DNA of 64,000 bases from Thalia democratica (lineage: Eukaryota), in assembly GCA_965202585.1 (NCBI GenBank), contig OZ241827.1, positions 61,442,001 through 61,506,000 on the forward strand, given 5' to 3'. The position numbers and the translations under genes are program-made. This document shows positions 36,001 through 43,800 of this stretch, one piece after another; positions within the stretch are counted from its first letter, which is position 1; every line of letters begins with the position of its first letter. A model generated the notes under the pieces. It saw nothing but the letters and a program-made list of their open reading frames with translations, searched no databases and was not told the origin of the DNA.

Positions 36001-38651
36001 AAATTTTTAGAAAAAAAAAACAAATTTTATTTTATTGTGAAAAAGTCTTAAAACAGCTGCTCAAAAACTGTTGAAGGATATAGATTTTTAGTAAGTTAGT
36101 CTATTTTCATCTTTTAATTTCCGCCTCTCAGAAAGAGCCTATTGAACGCTCTAACTTTGATCGCTTATATCTAAAAACTACTTTGAATTTTAACAAGCGG
36201 TAAAAAGTAACAACTAGCTTATCTAGTTATGTAAAAAATAAGACTAAATTTAAAAAAGTGTTTCTCAACCCTCTTATGCCATCAATTTATGCGATAAAAA
36301 ACTTTACTTGACTTTTTCTTTAAACATTTTTTCCTCCAATTAACAGCTTTAGCCTTTTTTTTATCAAAGTTATTATCTAACTTGTCTAAACTTTTTAAAT
36401 AATATTGCCGTGTCTGTTTTCAGCAACTTTTACTTTGTAGCGTGTGGAGACCCTAAAGAAATAGAAAAGGGTCGTTGGACCCCTAGTAGCTCTGTTGAAT
36501 TATGGGATGAATACAGAGGAAGCATCACTGTTGTCCAGCAAGTGCAGTACTCTTGCGATCCGAGGTACAAGATTGAAGAGGGATCAGTTTCTTATGTAAA
36601 CTGCGATCACAACACCAACTCTTTTACTCCTGACCCGCCATCGTGTGTTTATATAGGTGAAACAAACGTTTTTGAGCTTGAAATTTTGTTTAGCTAACAC
36701 ACTTTCTTCTCAATATGTACTTGTGAAAAAGGTAGATTTTGAAATTAAATGTAGTGTAATGTTTGAAATATAGTAAATGAAAGTTTAAGTTTAGAAAGCT
36801 GTAAACTTACCGCTTTATAGTATTTTTTTTGAGTCTGACACAGTTTACAATCAAATAAATGGTCAAGTATTGCACTTCTGTAGATTTTTGTAAATACGAT
36901 CTAGAATTTTTCTTAAGTTGCTTGAAATACCTTTATTTAATAGGTTAAAAACTCTATAACTTTTATATTTTTCAATTAAAAAACAATATATCACATACAA
37001 CTACTATTTTTTATGTAACATTAATTTTACCAAATTTTCAAAACTAACCGCAGAATGTCCATCCTCACCAATAAGTGAAGACGATCTTAAACGGTACAAT
37101 TTGCTTAAAAAAGTCTTGAGCAGGGATCCAATCTACAACTCGGCTTTAATTTTGGAGTACGCTTGCAAGGAAAGCTACTCGATGCTGTATGAGGGCGATT
37201 TCGTTTATTATTGTCAGGAAGACGGAAGTTGGAATACCTCAAACATACCTCAATGTGTCAAAGGTAATTTCTAATCATTACAAGTTGCTATTGTAACACA
37301 AAGCTATAAAATGTATCTGAAAAAAATTAAACGCAATCTAGCTAACTTTTAGGGTTTTTAAGTTTTTTTTAATAATACAAAACATCAAAAAACCTATGTC
37401 TTTTTCGAAAAACTACGTTTAAGGCTACTTTCAACATTTATGTCCTTAACAGAATGTCCTGAACCACCTAAAGTAGATGAATACGAAGCGGAGTATGAAT
37501 ACAGCTTTGAAAACAACCGGTACTTCTTAAACACCACTGTCAACTACACTTCTTGCAAGGCCGACAATTACGAACTGTTTCCTGGAGACGTCAGAGACGG
37601 AAAAAGTCTTTTGACATGCGGCAGGACTGGCCAGTGGAGCCCGGAAACAGCTCCAGTCTGCGGTCTAAGTGAGTTTTTTTGATACAAAAATAAAGCAAAA
37701 TTTCAAAGTTATTTATAATACAAAAATAGATATAAAAATAATAATTTTCTTTGACTCCATTTTTTTTTTGATCCTTTCAATTTTTTAACCTCTAACCAAC
37801 TTTCTGTCACTTTCGCTAGTATTAACTGTTGATGTGTTGTAACAGGTTGCGACGTGGACCCTGCAGATGCGGTGGTTCCATATAGCTTTGTTAAACGGGT
37901 TCTTGAAAACGTTGACGACGGCAGCGAAGGAAACTGGGTGAGGCGCAAAAGGACGTTTTACTGCCTATTAAATTATCATATTGACGATGTTAATAACAGA
38001 GAGTTCACTTGCGAAACTGGAAGACCTTGGACGCCGTATCCGTTTCCAAAATGCCTTGCAGGTTGTATAATTGCAGCTAAATTTAAAGCCTTTTTTTTGT
38101 CATTGGTAATTTATAACTAGTTTTATGTAAAAACTTATTGATAAAAGTACTCTTATGTTTCAAACTTATGAGAACATTTAAAAAGCTATGTACAAATAAC
38201 CTTTATATATTTTACTGAATTTATAAAACTGCTACATTTCGAGTTTTGTAATGTTAAATAATTTTCTTGTTTTTTAAGAAATGTGGGAAAAAGATCATAG
38301 TTTTGTATTTACACAGAAAACAGTAAAGCAAAATGTTTTCTTTTTGTACAATCTTTTGAAAACATAACATTAGTATATAAAAGTAATATATATGAAGATA
38401 TTAACCAGCACAAAATAATTTTTTGTTTTTTCACAGCATGCAGAAGCGATTTTTCCGAATTTGAGAATATTGCCAGTAAGGAGTTTTCAAATGTAAACAA
38501 CTTCGCCGCGGGCCGAACACACTCTGATTTCTTTGTTGGAACTACGGTCAAGTACAGTTGTAGTGCTGGCTTTGTAGCTGCGAACGACGGCGAATCGACT
38601 TGCTCGGAACATGACGGTTGGCAACCGCCTGTTACTTGCAATGAGCTGTGA
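1..38651 (+). CDS. Gene A (5'-truncated): giant, apparently secreted multi-CCP/Sushi protein; 43 CCP modules plus 2 ILEI/PANDER-like domains in window
   Basis: 49 AG/GT-bounded exons (listed below) join into one 9498-nt frame ending TCNEL* (TGA 38649-38651). Each CCP exon has the C..C..C.xxG.W..C pattern. Confidence 0.85.
371..577 (+). CDS. CCP exon A2 (V-like)
   Basis: AG/GT, phase 1-1, CSVIPLV...LPQCVK. Confidence 0.9.
1097..1267 (+). CDS. CCP exon A3 (short I-like)
   Basis: AG/GT, phase 1-1, CDKIPSV...GKWRPTMECIP. Confidence 0.9.
1831..2034 (+). CDS. CCP exon A4 (S-like)
   Basis: AG/GT, phase 1-1, CGSSPTF...GPWDIASINCLK. Confidence 0.9.
2397..2594 (+). CDS. CCP exon A5 (class T)
   Basis: AG/GT, phase 1-1, CPKVEIS...GSWNSTFPTCHI. 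Confidence 0.92.
2695..2898 (+). CDS. CCP exon A6 (class L)
   Basis: AG/GT, phase 1-1, CSKLEAIPNG...PLCIT. Confidence 0.92.
3673..3870 (+). CDS. CCP exon A7 (class P)
   Basis: AG/GT, phase 1-1, CPSPPEE...GTWDFQNAPKCAP. Confidence 0.92.
4763..4966 (+). CDS. CCP exon A8 (class V)
   Basis: AG/GT, phase 1-1, CEVPPYV...GAFWTPKKLISCVK. Confidence 0.92.
5127..5315 (+). CDS. CCP exon A9 (class I)
   Basis: AG/GT, phase 1-1, CNRIPTI...GEWTPTFQCYP. Confidence 0.92.
5489..5686 (+). CDS. CCP exon A10 (class S)
   Basis: AG/GT, phase 1-1, CGPSQDI...GSWVYNDFKCLQ. Confidence 0.92.
6056..6256 (+). CDS. CCP exon A11 (class E)
   Basis: AG/GT, phase 1-1, CQKIILR...GEWNVTAPYCVR. Confidence 0.92.
6418..6627 (+). 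CDS. CCP exon A12 (class G)
   Basis: AG/GT, phase 1-1, CGFPKNITNG...APKCVT; lacks the canonical Trp. Confidence 0.88.
6852..7037 (+). CDS. CCP exon A13
   Basis: AG/GT, phase 1-1, CGAPPKK...GSWQGVVGNCYS. Confidence 0.92.
7394..7606 (+). CDS. CCP exon A14
   Basis: AG/GT, phase 1-1, HRCIEVPSV...GTW...PMCGK. Confidence 0.92.
8082..8285 (+). CDS. CCP exon A15 (class L)
   Basis: AG/GT, phase 1-1, CHKPDNIPYG...PLCIT. Confidence 0.92.
9189..9386 (+). CDS. CCP exon A16 (class P)
   Basis: AG/GT, phase 1-1, CPSPPTG...APKCIP. Confidence 0.92.
9491..9694 (+). CDS. CCP exon A17 (class L)
   Basis: AG/GT, phase 1-1, CRKLDDILNG...PLCIT. Confidence 0.92.
9972..11254. mobile_element. Non-autonomous hAT-like DNA transposon with 6-bp TSD
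   Basis: Termini CAGGGTTCGTGCGCA and TGCGCACACAAACCCTG; subterminal ATCAGGCT(T/A)AAT repeats; flanks cattct/tattct (cattct/cattct in the second copy). Confidence 0.65.
10981..11150 (+). mobile_element. TTAA-GGGCATA (Kolobok-like) MITE end nested in the hAT-like element
   Basis: TTAAGGGCATAGGGG... is homologous to element ends at 27481 and 36280. Confidence 0.55.
11740..11937 (+). CDS. CCP exon A18 (class P)
   Basis: AAG/GT, phase 1-1, CPSPPVGD...APKCAP. Confidence 0.88.
12203..12406 (+). CDS. CCP exon A19 (class V)
   Basis: AAG/GT, phase 1-1, CEVPPYV...ISCIK. Confidence 0.9.
12682..12870 (+). CDS. CCP exon A20 (class I, contains RGD)
   Basis: AG/GT, phase 1-1, CNEIITI...KRGDVY...IQCYP. 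Confidence 0.92.
13068..13265 (+). CDS. CCP exon A21 (class S)
   Basis: AG/GT, phase 1-1, CGSSPSI...FDCLK. Confidence 0.92.
13473..13673 (+). CDS. CCP exon A22 (class E)
   Basis: AG/GT, phase 1-1, CKQVELS...APYCER. Confidence 0.92.
13786..13974 (+). CDS. CCP exon A23 (class I)
   Basis: AG/GT, phase 1-1, CKEIPKI...FECYP. Confidence 0.92.
14870..15070 (+). CDS. CCP exon A24 (class S)
   Basis: AG/GT, phase 1-1, CGSSPNI...FECLN. Confidence 0.92.
15213..15401 (+). CDS. CCP exon A25 (class I)
   Basis: AG/GT, phase 1-1, CNEVPTI...FECYP; downstream intron homologous to that after A23. Confidence 0.92.
16578..16775 (+). CDS. CCP exon A26 (class S)
   Basis: AG/GT, phase 1-1, CGPSPTI...FECLK. Confidence 0.92.
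17180..17383 (+). CDS. CCP exon A27 (class L)
   Basis: AG/GT, phase 1-1, CSKLDDIPNG...PLCIT. Confidence 0.92.
18062..18259 (+). CDS. CCP exon A28 (class P)
   Basis: AG/GT, phase 1-1, CPSPPVGD...APECAP. Confidence 0.92.
18555..18758 (+). CDS. CCP exon A29 (class V)
   Basis: AG/GT, phase 1-1, CEVPPYT...ISCIK. Confidence 0.92.
18922..19110 (+). CDS. CCP exon A30 (class I)
   Basis: AG/GT, phase 1-1, CDDIPTV...FQCYP. Confidence 0.92.
19375..19566 (+). CDS. CCP exon A31 (canonical, GC-rich)
   Basis: AG/GT, phase 1-1, CPYPPLE...GDWDRSTPPACTP. Confidence 0.93.
20853..21037 (+). CDS. ILEI/PANDER-like domain 1, exon a
   Basis: Phase 1-0; ALSAGYG...RGTGVAIINP...KRFDT resembles the ILEI S-x-G and RG-x-NV-x-x-IN...FDT motifs. 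Confidence 0.8.
21305..21473 (+). CDS. ILEI/PANDER-like domain 1, exon b
   Basis: Phase 0-1; LERMAAFIE...GDVIVMAVRG...IGVD. Confidence 0.75.
22095..22220 (+). CDS. ILEI/PANDER-like domain 1, exon c
   Basis: Phase 1-1; HHSWVVVTG (ILEI SW-x-x-V-G motif); donor g|gtgag. Confidence 0.78.
22628..22810 (+). CDS. CCP exon A32
   Basis: AG/GT, phase 1-1, CENPPPV...GWKHAVGCLR. Confidence 0.92.
22946..23140 (+). CDS. CCP exon A33
   Basis: AG/GT, phase 1-1, CADPPKG...SWPHTEAPTCLR. Confidence 0.92.
24686..24883 (+). CDS. CCP exon A34 (class S)
   Basis: AG/GT, phase 1-1, CGLSRAI...FECLS. Confidence 0.92.
26960..27481 (-). mobile_element. Kolobok-like/foldback MITE remnant inside the hAT element
   Basis: Ends CCCCCCCTATGGCCTTAA; internal inverted arms at about 27009-27052 and 27236-27279; homologous to 35719-36285. 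Confidence 0.55.
28162..28210 (-). ncRNA. Minimal hammerhead ribozyme of the Penelope-like element
   Basis: Minus strand: TTTACAGGC-CTGAAGA-TCCC ttag GGGA-GAAAC att GTA-GCCTTGTAAA; complete catalytic core plus stems I-III. Confidence 0.8.
28513..28854 (-). mobile_element. Penelope-like element 3' fragment (GIY-YIG endonuclease C-terminus)
   Basis: Open 114-codon frame: EYIGSTGSQFKKRWYAH...TELSKYIWRLK...CKTCNLEK...LNKRQEL...CPH*. Confidence 0.82.
31133..31330 (+). CDS. CCP exon A35 (class S)
   Basis: AG/GT, phase 1-1, CGPSQDI...FQCLQ. Confidence 0.92.
31640..31828 (+). CDS. CCP exon A36 (class I)
   Basis: AG/GT, phase 1-1, CSEIPNV...FQCYP. Confidence 0.92.
32168..32368 (+). CDS. CCP exon A37 (S-like)
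   Basis: AG/GT, phase 1-1, CGKSPNI...FQCLR. Confidence 0.9.
32424..32642 (+). CDS. CCP exon A38
   Basis: AG/GT, phase 1-1, CEKPPSL...GSW...HLCIR; preceded by a 55-nt intron. Confidence 0.9.
32769..33007 (+). CDS. ILEI/PANDER-like domain 2, exon a
   Basis: Phase 1-0; HVRASSF...NRGFNVIILNP...FDTY. Confidence 0.8.
33405..33585 (+). CDS. ILEI/PANDER-like domain 2, exon b
   Basis: Phase 0-1; MSDYIRN...VVIIGVVDA...LGAL. Confidence 0.75.
35114..35248 (+). CDS. ILEI/PANDER-like domain 2, exon c
   Basis: Phase 1-1; RQSYALVS...WTRCTN; not in the ORF track. Confidence 0.75.
35719..36285. mobile_element. Kolobok-like (TTAA-GG) foldback MITE
   Basis: Left end TTAAGGGCATAGAAGGGG; degenerate right end CCCTCTTATGCCATCAA; internal inverted segments. 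Confidence 0.55.
36441..36656 (+). CDS. CCP exon A39 (class G)
   Basis: AG/GT, phase 1-1, CGDPKEI...PPSCVY. Confidence 0.9.
37054..37263 (+). CDS. CCP exon A40
   Basis: AG/GT, phase 1-1, CPSSPIS...GSWNTSNIPQCVK. Confidence 0.9.
37453..37668 (+). CDS. CCP exon A41
   Basis: AG/GT, phase 1-1, CPEPPKV...GQWSPETAPVCGL. Confidence 0.92.
37846..38061 (+). CDS. CCP exon A42
   Basis: AG/GT, phase 1-1, CDVDPAD...PWTPYPFPKCLA. Confidence 0.88.
38437..38651 (+). CDS. Terminal CCP exon A43 with stop codon
   Basis: CRSDFSE...GWQPPVTCNEL-TGA; no phase-1 donor before the stop. Confidence 0.85.
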
Positions 38652-38723
38652 AAATAACCAGCACTTTGATCATTTGTTGTTTTTTTATTAATTTCAATTT
38701 CTCTTTACTTGTTTATAGGTTTT

Positions 38724-38784
38724 ATGGTATTAAACTGGACGCTTGTTCTTATTTATACTTTGTTTAAGTTTGCATTATATATAT
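38724..38784 (+). CDS. Candidate signal-peptide exon of gene B (alternative readings in findings)
   Basis: ATG 5 nt after a pyrimidine-tract TAG; MVLNWTLVLIYTLFKFALYI; phase-1 donor t|gtttgt. Confidence 0.35.
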
Positions 38785-39146
38785 GTTTGTTTACTTTTTG
38801 TTATTTTTTATTTGTTTTTCAGTTAAACTAATTTCAACATGCTCTTATTTTTATAAAAAAGCTACTACTTCTAACTTCATGCTTTTTCAGTCAGAATTTT
38901 GCGTACACATGGTCGGTAAACTTCGAATGCAGAATATTGCCATATAAAAACTGCAGACAACGATGTACTTTTGCTGCTCAGAGCATGCTTTTTTGAAAAC
39001 AGTAATAAGGAAACTCATTGTAGTAAAAGCTTTCTATTATGCTCTTAATTTTATAATTATTAATTACTAGTGCTTTACTGTAGTTATTATCACTTTCTTG
39101 CTATAAAACAGTTTTTTTATGTTGGTCAGTACACTTTTTTTTATAT

Positions 39147-39243
39147 CTGCGGCCCGCAGTAGACTATTTTTATACAGTGCGGGCGGCGAGCAACTTTTTC
39201 AAGGAAAATTGGCACGCGACTTTAAAAAGGTTTTCAATCCCTG
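39147..39243 (+). mobile_element. hAT (Charlie-like) MITE 3' fragment
   Basis: CTGCGGCCCGC...AAAAAGGTTTTCAATCCCTG resembles hAT subterminal and terminal motifs. Confidence 0.5.
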
Positions 39244-40391
39244 GGTTATACACTTTTTGAAAATTTAATTGACACTTTACTACTAAAACAGCTAAAACCT
39301 TATGTTGAATGCAATTGACTCAAAACTTTTTTAACTGCGTAAAGCAATTATTACGTCATTTATAAATATGAGATAAACTTAAAAATTTATTGACATTACA
39401 CTTTGGTAAATACTACAAGTCTTTCTTGTATGAAATTTTTTTAAGTTTCTGTTTTTTTGATGATTGTAAACAAACGTTTAATCAAAAAGACCAAAGAAAC
39501 TAGGAAACATCAAAGTGGAAATACAAAGGTTGGTCTTTTATTGTACTTTAAGACTTTTAAGAAAAGTTTTTAACAAAATGTATACTTATTCAAACTTAAT
39601 TAAAAAAATATTTTTATATGAACAAACTATTTTGTGATTGTAAAATAAGGTTTATATTCTATGATATGATTAATATAAGTTGTTTGTTTTTGAAGTTTTA
39701 GCGATAAATATTCTATTTTGTAATATTTGTGCAATTAGTTTTTGAAATTCATAATTTTTTTAAGAAGCATATTATGATTAATAAGTTTAACACCTTTTCT
39801 TAATTTTTTTTGATTGTTTGTGATAAATTGAAGTTTAGAACCAAAGGTTTTTTTTATATCTTGAATAATGTAGCTATGCATGTAGTTATTTATACAGAGA
39901 CTAAATGATAAAACTGAATACTCTAAAATCATTTCTGCAACTTAATATTATTTAAGTTTGAGAAAATAATATGGAAAAAGCTAACTAAATGATAAAACAA
40001 ATTTTTATCTACTAGTAGTTGCTAATTGATTGAAAGTATTTTAAAGAAAAAATATAAAGAGTCAAAGATTTATTTTTATACTATATTTAGTATTTTTCAT
40101 TACACTGCTGATGGTTTAAGATGTGTTTAAATCAAACAAAATAACCGCTAAAATGTATCTAAATTAATCTATTTAGTTTAAAAAGCTTATTTTTAAATAC
40201 TGAATTTGAACTAGTGAAAGATCTTCATAAACTCTACAAAAAAATAACTTAAGCTTCATAATAAATTAAACTGTATACTGTAAAATCGTAGGATTTATAT
40301 ATTTACTTTTTTTTACTTTTAAACTATCTAACTAATTTAGGTGTAACTAAAACTGTCTGGAAAGTATCTTTTTTAACTTGGAATGAAGTAA

Positions 40392-40443
40392 ATGCAGTGC
40401 TCATCTTGTGGTATAATATCCATAGTTTGGCAAACTTTAATAA
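40392..40443 (+). CDS. Alternative candidate first coding exon of gene B
   Basis: MQCSSCGIISIVWQTLI, phase-1 donor a|gttagt; weak hydrophobic core. Confidence 0.25.
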
Positions 40444-40645
40444 GTTAGTTTAATATTACAATAAGTTGTTGTTTAATGTGATTTACGAAATAAATAAAAA
40501 ATATAATAACTTATGATAATGTTTTTTATGCTACAAAAGCCTTAGTCAAATCAAAGTTTAAATGCTTATTTTCATCTAGAACTAAATATAGTTTTTGAAT
40601 TTTAAATACGTTTAAATACATATTTTAATATCACAAATACTTTAG

Positions 40646-40837
40646 TTTGCAGTGAACCACCAAAACTTGAAAACGGGCATTATACTGGTCCAAATGTGCC
40701 CACAAACGGGTCTACATATAATTACGAGTGTAATCAGGGGTACTACATCAACCAAAACTCTTCTGATTTGTTGAGATGTTTGGAAAACGGAACTTACGAA
40801 TGGAATAAGGGATATCCGCCTGTTTGTTTAAAAATAA
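40646..40837 (+). CDS. CCP exon B1
   Basis: AG/GT, phase 1-1, CSEPPKLENG...PPVCLK. Confidence 0.9.
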
Positions 40838-43800
40838 GTGAGTTTTAAAAACAATATGTGTAATAAAAGTTGGTATTTGTTTAGTCTATGGCCTTATAAG
40901 TAAATTTACTATGTTATAAACTTAAATTATGTTGTTTTTAATGAACTTTTTTTTCAAGATTAAACCTTATAAATTGATGAACAAGCAAATATGTGTTATC
41001 AATTTTGTTTCTATAATTATTATTCATTCATAATTACAATTAAACATGCATGTACTTTTGAATTAACAGCCTGAATTATCCGAACTTTTAAAATCTAACT
41101 TTTTCGAATCTATTTTAAGTGGTATACTTTTTAAATAACTAAAATAAAGTTTTTTTTTTGTGCTTTACTTAAACAAGTTTGTACTATAAACATTTGTTTA
41201 TAGTTCTATCTAAGTCATTTAACACAAACAGTTATTCGAATTTTACAGAACAAAAGTTAAAACTGTTTGTATTTTTATTCAATGAGAAAATAATCAATTG
41301 TTTTTGTTCACTGTAGTTAGTTCGTATTTAAACAATCAGTAATCTTTATTCAAAGTGTTTATTGACTAAGCATGCACTTTTTTCAACAAAGGTAAACTCG
41401 TACCATTTTATCAGATGCTTTTTAAAAGGTTTATTTATTTAATAGCTAAGTTTGACCACAAATATAAAAAAGTAACCAATTCACCTATCCATCAGTTTTA
41501 AATTTAGATAAATAACTATTTTAATGTTTTGTTGAAACTAATTTTATGAACTAGTGATTAAAATACTTTTGATTTACAAAAGTAAATTCCTACTGTTAAA
41601 TCAATTAGGTTTAAATCATTTTTTTTGCTACTGTTTTAGTTTAAACTTTATTTAACAAAACAACATCCATTGTTTTTTTCCAGAGTGTCAACAACCTCCT
41701 GAAGGGCTGAACATGAGGTTGGTTGCTGATTACGGTTTTACTGAAGGGGAATTTTTGGAAGGCGCGGAAGTCAGGTACATGTGCGAAGAAGGTTTTAGTT
41801 TTAGCGACATCAACCCAGCTGTGCTGTCGTGTGAAAGTAACAGTCAATGGAGTAAATTTGATTTTGAATGCAAAAAAAGTAAGCATGCATTGTTTGCTTT
41901 TTAAATTAAACATATAATAATGCTTAATATTTAGAATTAGATTATTTATTTTTCTATTTATATATTCTGTTATGCTTAGTTAAGAAAAATTTTCTTGTTG
42001 TACACAGTTTTTAAAATAAATCTAATTCATGCATATTAGAATTATTAACAAAAATTTTTTTTATCATATCTGGTAAACACCATAGAGCAACTTGTTTTTT
42101 AACCGGTTAAATATGTCGTTGCAACTACATCTCAGTATTTGTAACTTGTTTAACTTTATTTATTATTAGATAATAATTAATGAATTTAACTAACACTTAT
42201 GCTAAGAAAATGTAACTGTTAGCTATTTAATCGTTTCTATTATAACTCTCTAAGGTATTATTTTACTTTTAGTTTTTATCTTTAAAGGTATATTTTGACA
42301 CTAAAACGTTTGTACACAAAATTTTTCGAAAAGTCATAATAAAATTTATATTCATATAAATAAAATAAATATTCACAATAAAAATAAGCTACATTAAATT
42401 CAACTCAATTTTAAGATCACTTTATTAATAACACTTTTGCTTAAGTAATGTTTACTTTGTAAATTAACTAGAAGAAAAAGAAAGCTACATACAGCTATTA
42501 TTACTGTTATTGTTGTTATATTGATTTTAAAACTTAACTAAAATCTAAAATTTACCTTAAACTCAGTCATAATATTAAAATTTGATTTGTTTAGTTTTTT
42601 AAGAAGAAATTTTGAAATTATTTAAGCACTGACGAGGTCTTTGACCGAAACTTAGTTTGTCAAATAAATTCTTGAAAGAATAAATTCATTATTTCTCCTC
42701 CAGTAGTTTAGATCTCTCTATTTATTTTCTTAAAACCAAAACATATAATAAAATTTATAGAGTTAAAACTTATCCAGTTATTTCTACAGTCAACATATAA
42801 AACTAATTTATTCGTACTATAAACTCGGTTAAAATTTTAATTGCATAGTTTTTGTTCGTAAAGATAAAATATCCGTTTAACTGTACAAAGCTTTGATTCT
42901 TTGCTTTAATTAAATGATGCTAAATTTTGTTTCTAAAACGTAATTTGATTGCTAAATTTGTTTCATTAAATTATTGCAGGATGTCCAACACTCCAAAAGG
43001 TGCAGGACGGAAAGTTACACTCTGTCAACCAAGCTCGTGCTAACTTCTATCTGAGTAATGACGTTTTTAGTTATGCTTGTGATGAAGGTTACATGTTTCA
43101 CAAGGGAAGTTCTGATGACTACATATACAAGTGTCTAGAAAACGGATCGTACAACAACACAAATGTTCCTATTTGCATCACAAGTAGTAAAAAAATATTT
43201 TAATTTGTAATAATTTCAAATAATCGCCCCTTGTGTTAAGCTAATTTGTAAGAAAAGTTTGTCTTTTTTAATAATACCTGGTATACTTTAACATTGAATT
43301 TTAGTTGTCTACAGTTGGCTTGAGTAAACGATAAAGTATATATGTTGTAAAATGAAATAACAAACCGATAGATTGCATCAGTCCACCCGAAGGTGATTCA
43401 GTCTACTGGAAGGTATCATTCAGCCACATAGATGGTGAAATGTGGACTGGAACCCAAGTAGTTTACGCTTGCAGCAACGCTTCGTTCACTCCCAAATGGA
43501 ACGAGCCTAAAAAGCTGACTTGCGACAGAAACGGACTTTGGGATCATGATTTCGCTCCTACTTGTGTTCCGGGTTAAAATTTAATAAATATATAAGAAAA
43601 ATACATATCTGTTAATATCAAAACTGGTTTAGCACTGCAGTTTTATTTTGTTTTGATCTCTTAGTTTCGTTAGTCGGTCTTATTATAAATATTTAATACT
43701 TATTTTGTTGAGTAATTTATTAGTTTTCAAAAAAAAAAAGTTTTAGGAAGTTTTTTAATGATACAAAAAACTTGTTTTATATAGTAGCTATATATAGTTA

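Noticed and set aside
1-38651. Assigning a symbol such as CFH, CR1, SVEP1 or CSMD
   Set aside because: Module sequences and architecture (ILEI inserts; no CUB, vWA, EGF or TM) do not match; orthology cannot be shown.
39430-39528. ATG AAA TTT TTT as the gene B signal peptide
   Set aside because: In-frame TAA at codon 5 and no phase-1 donor.
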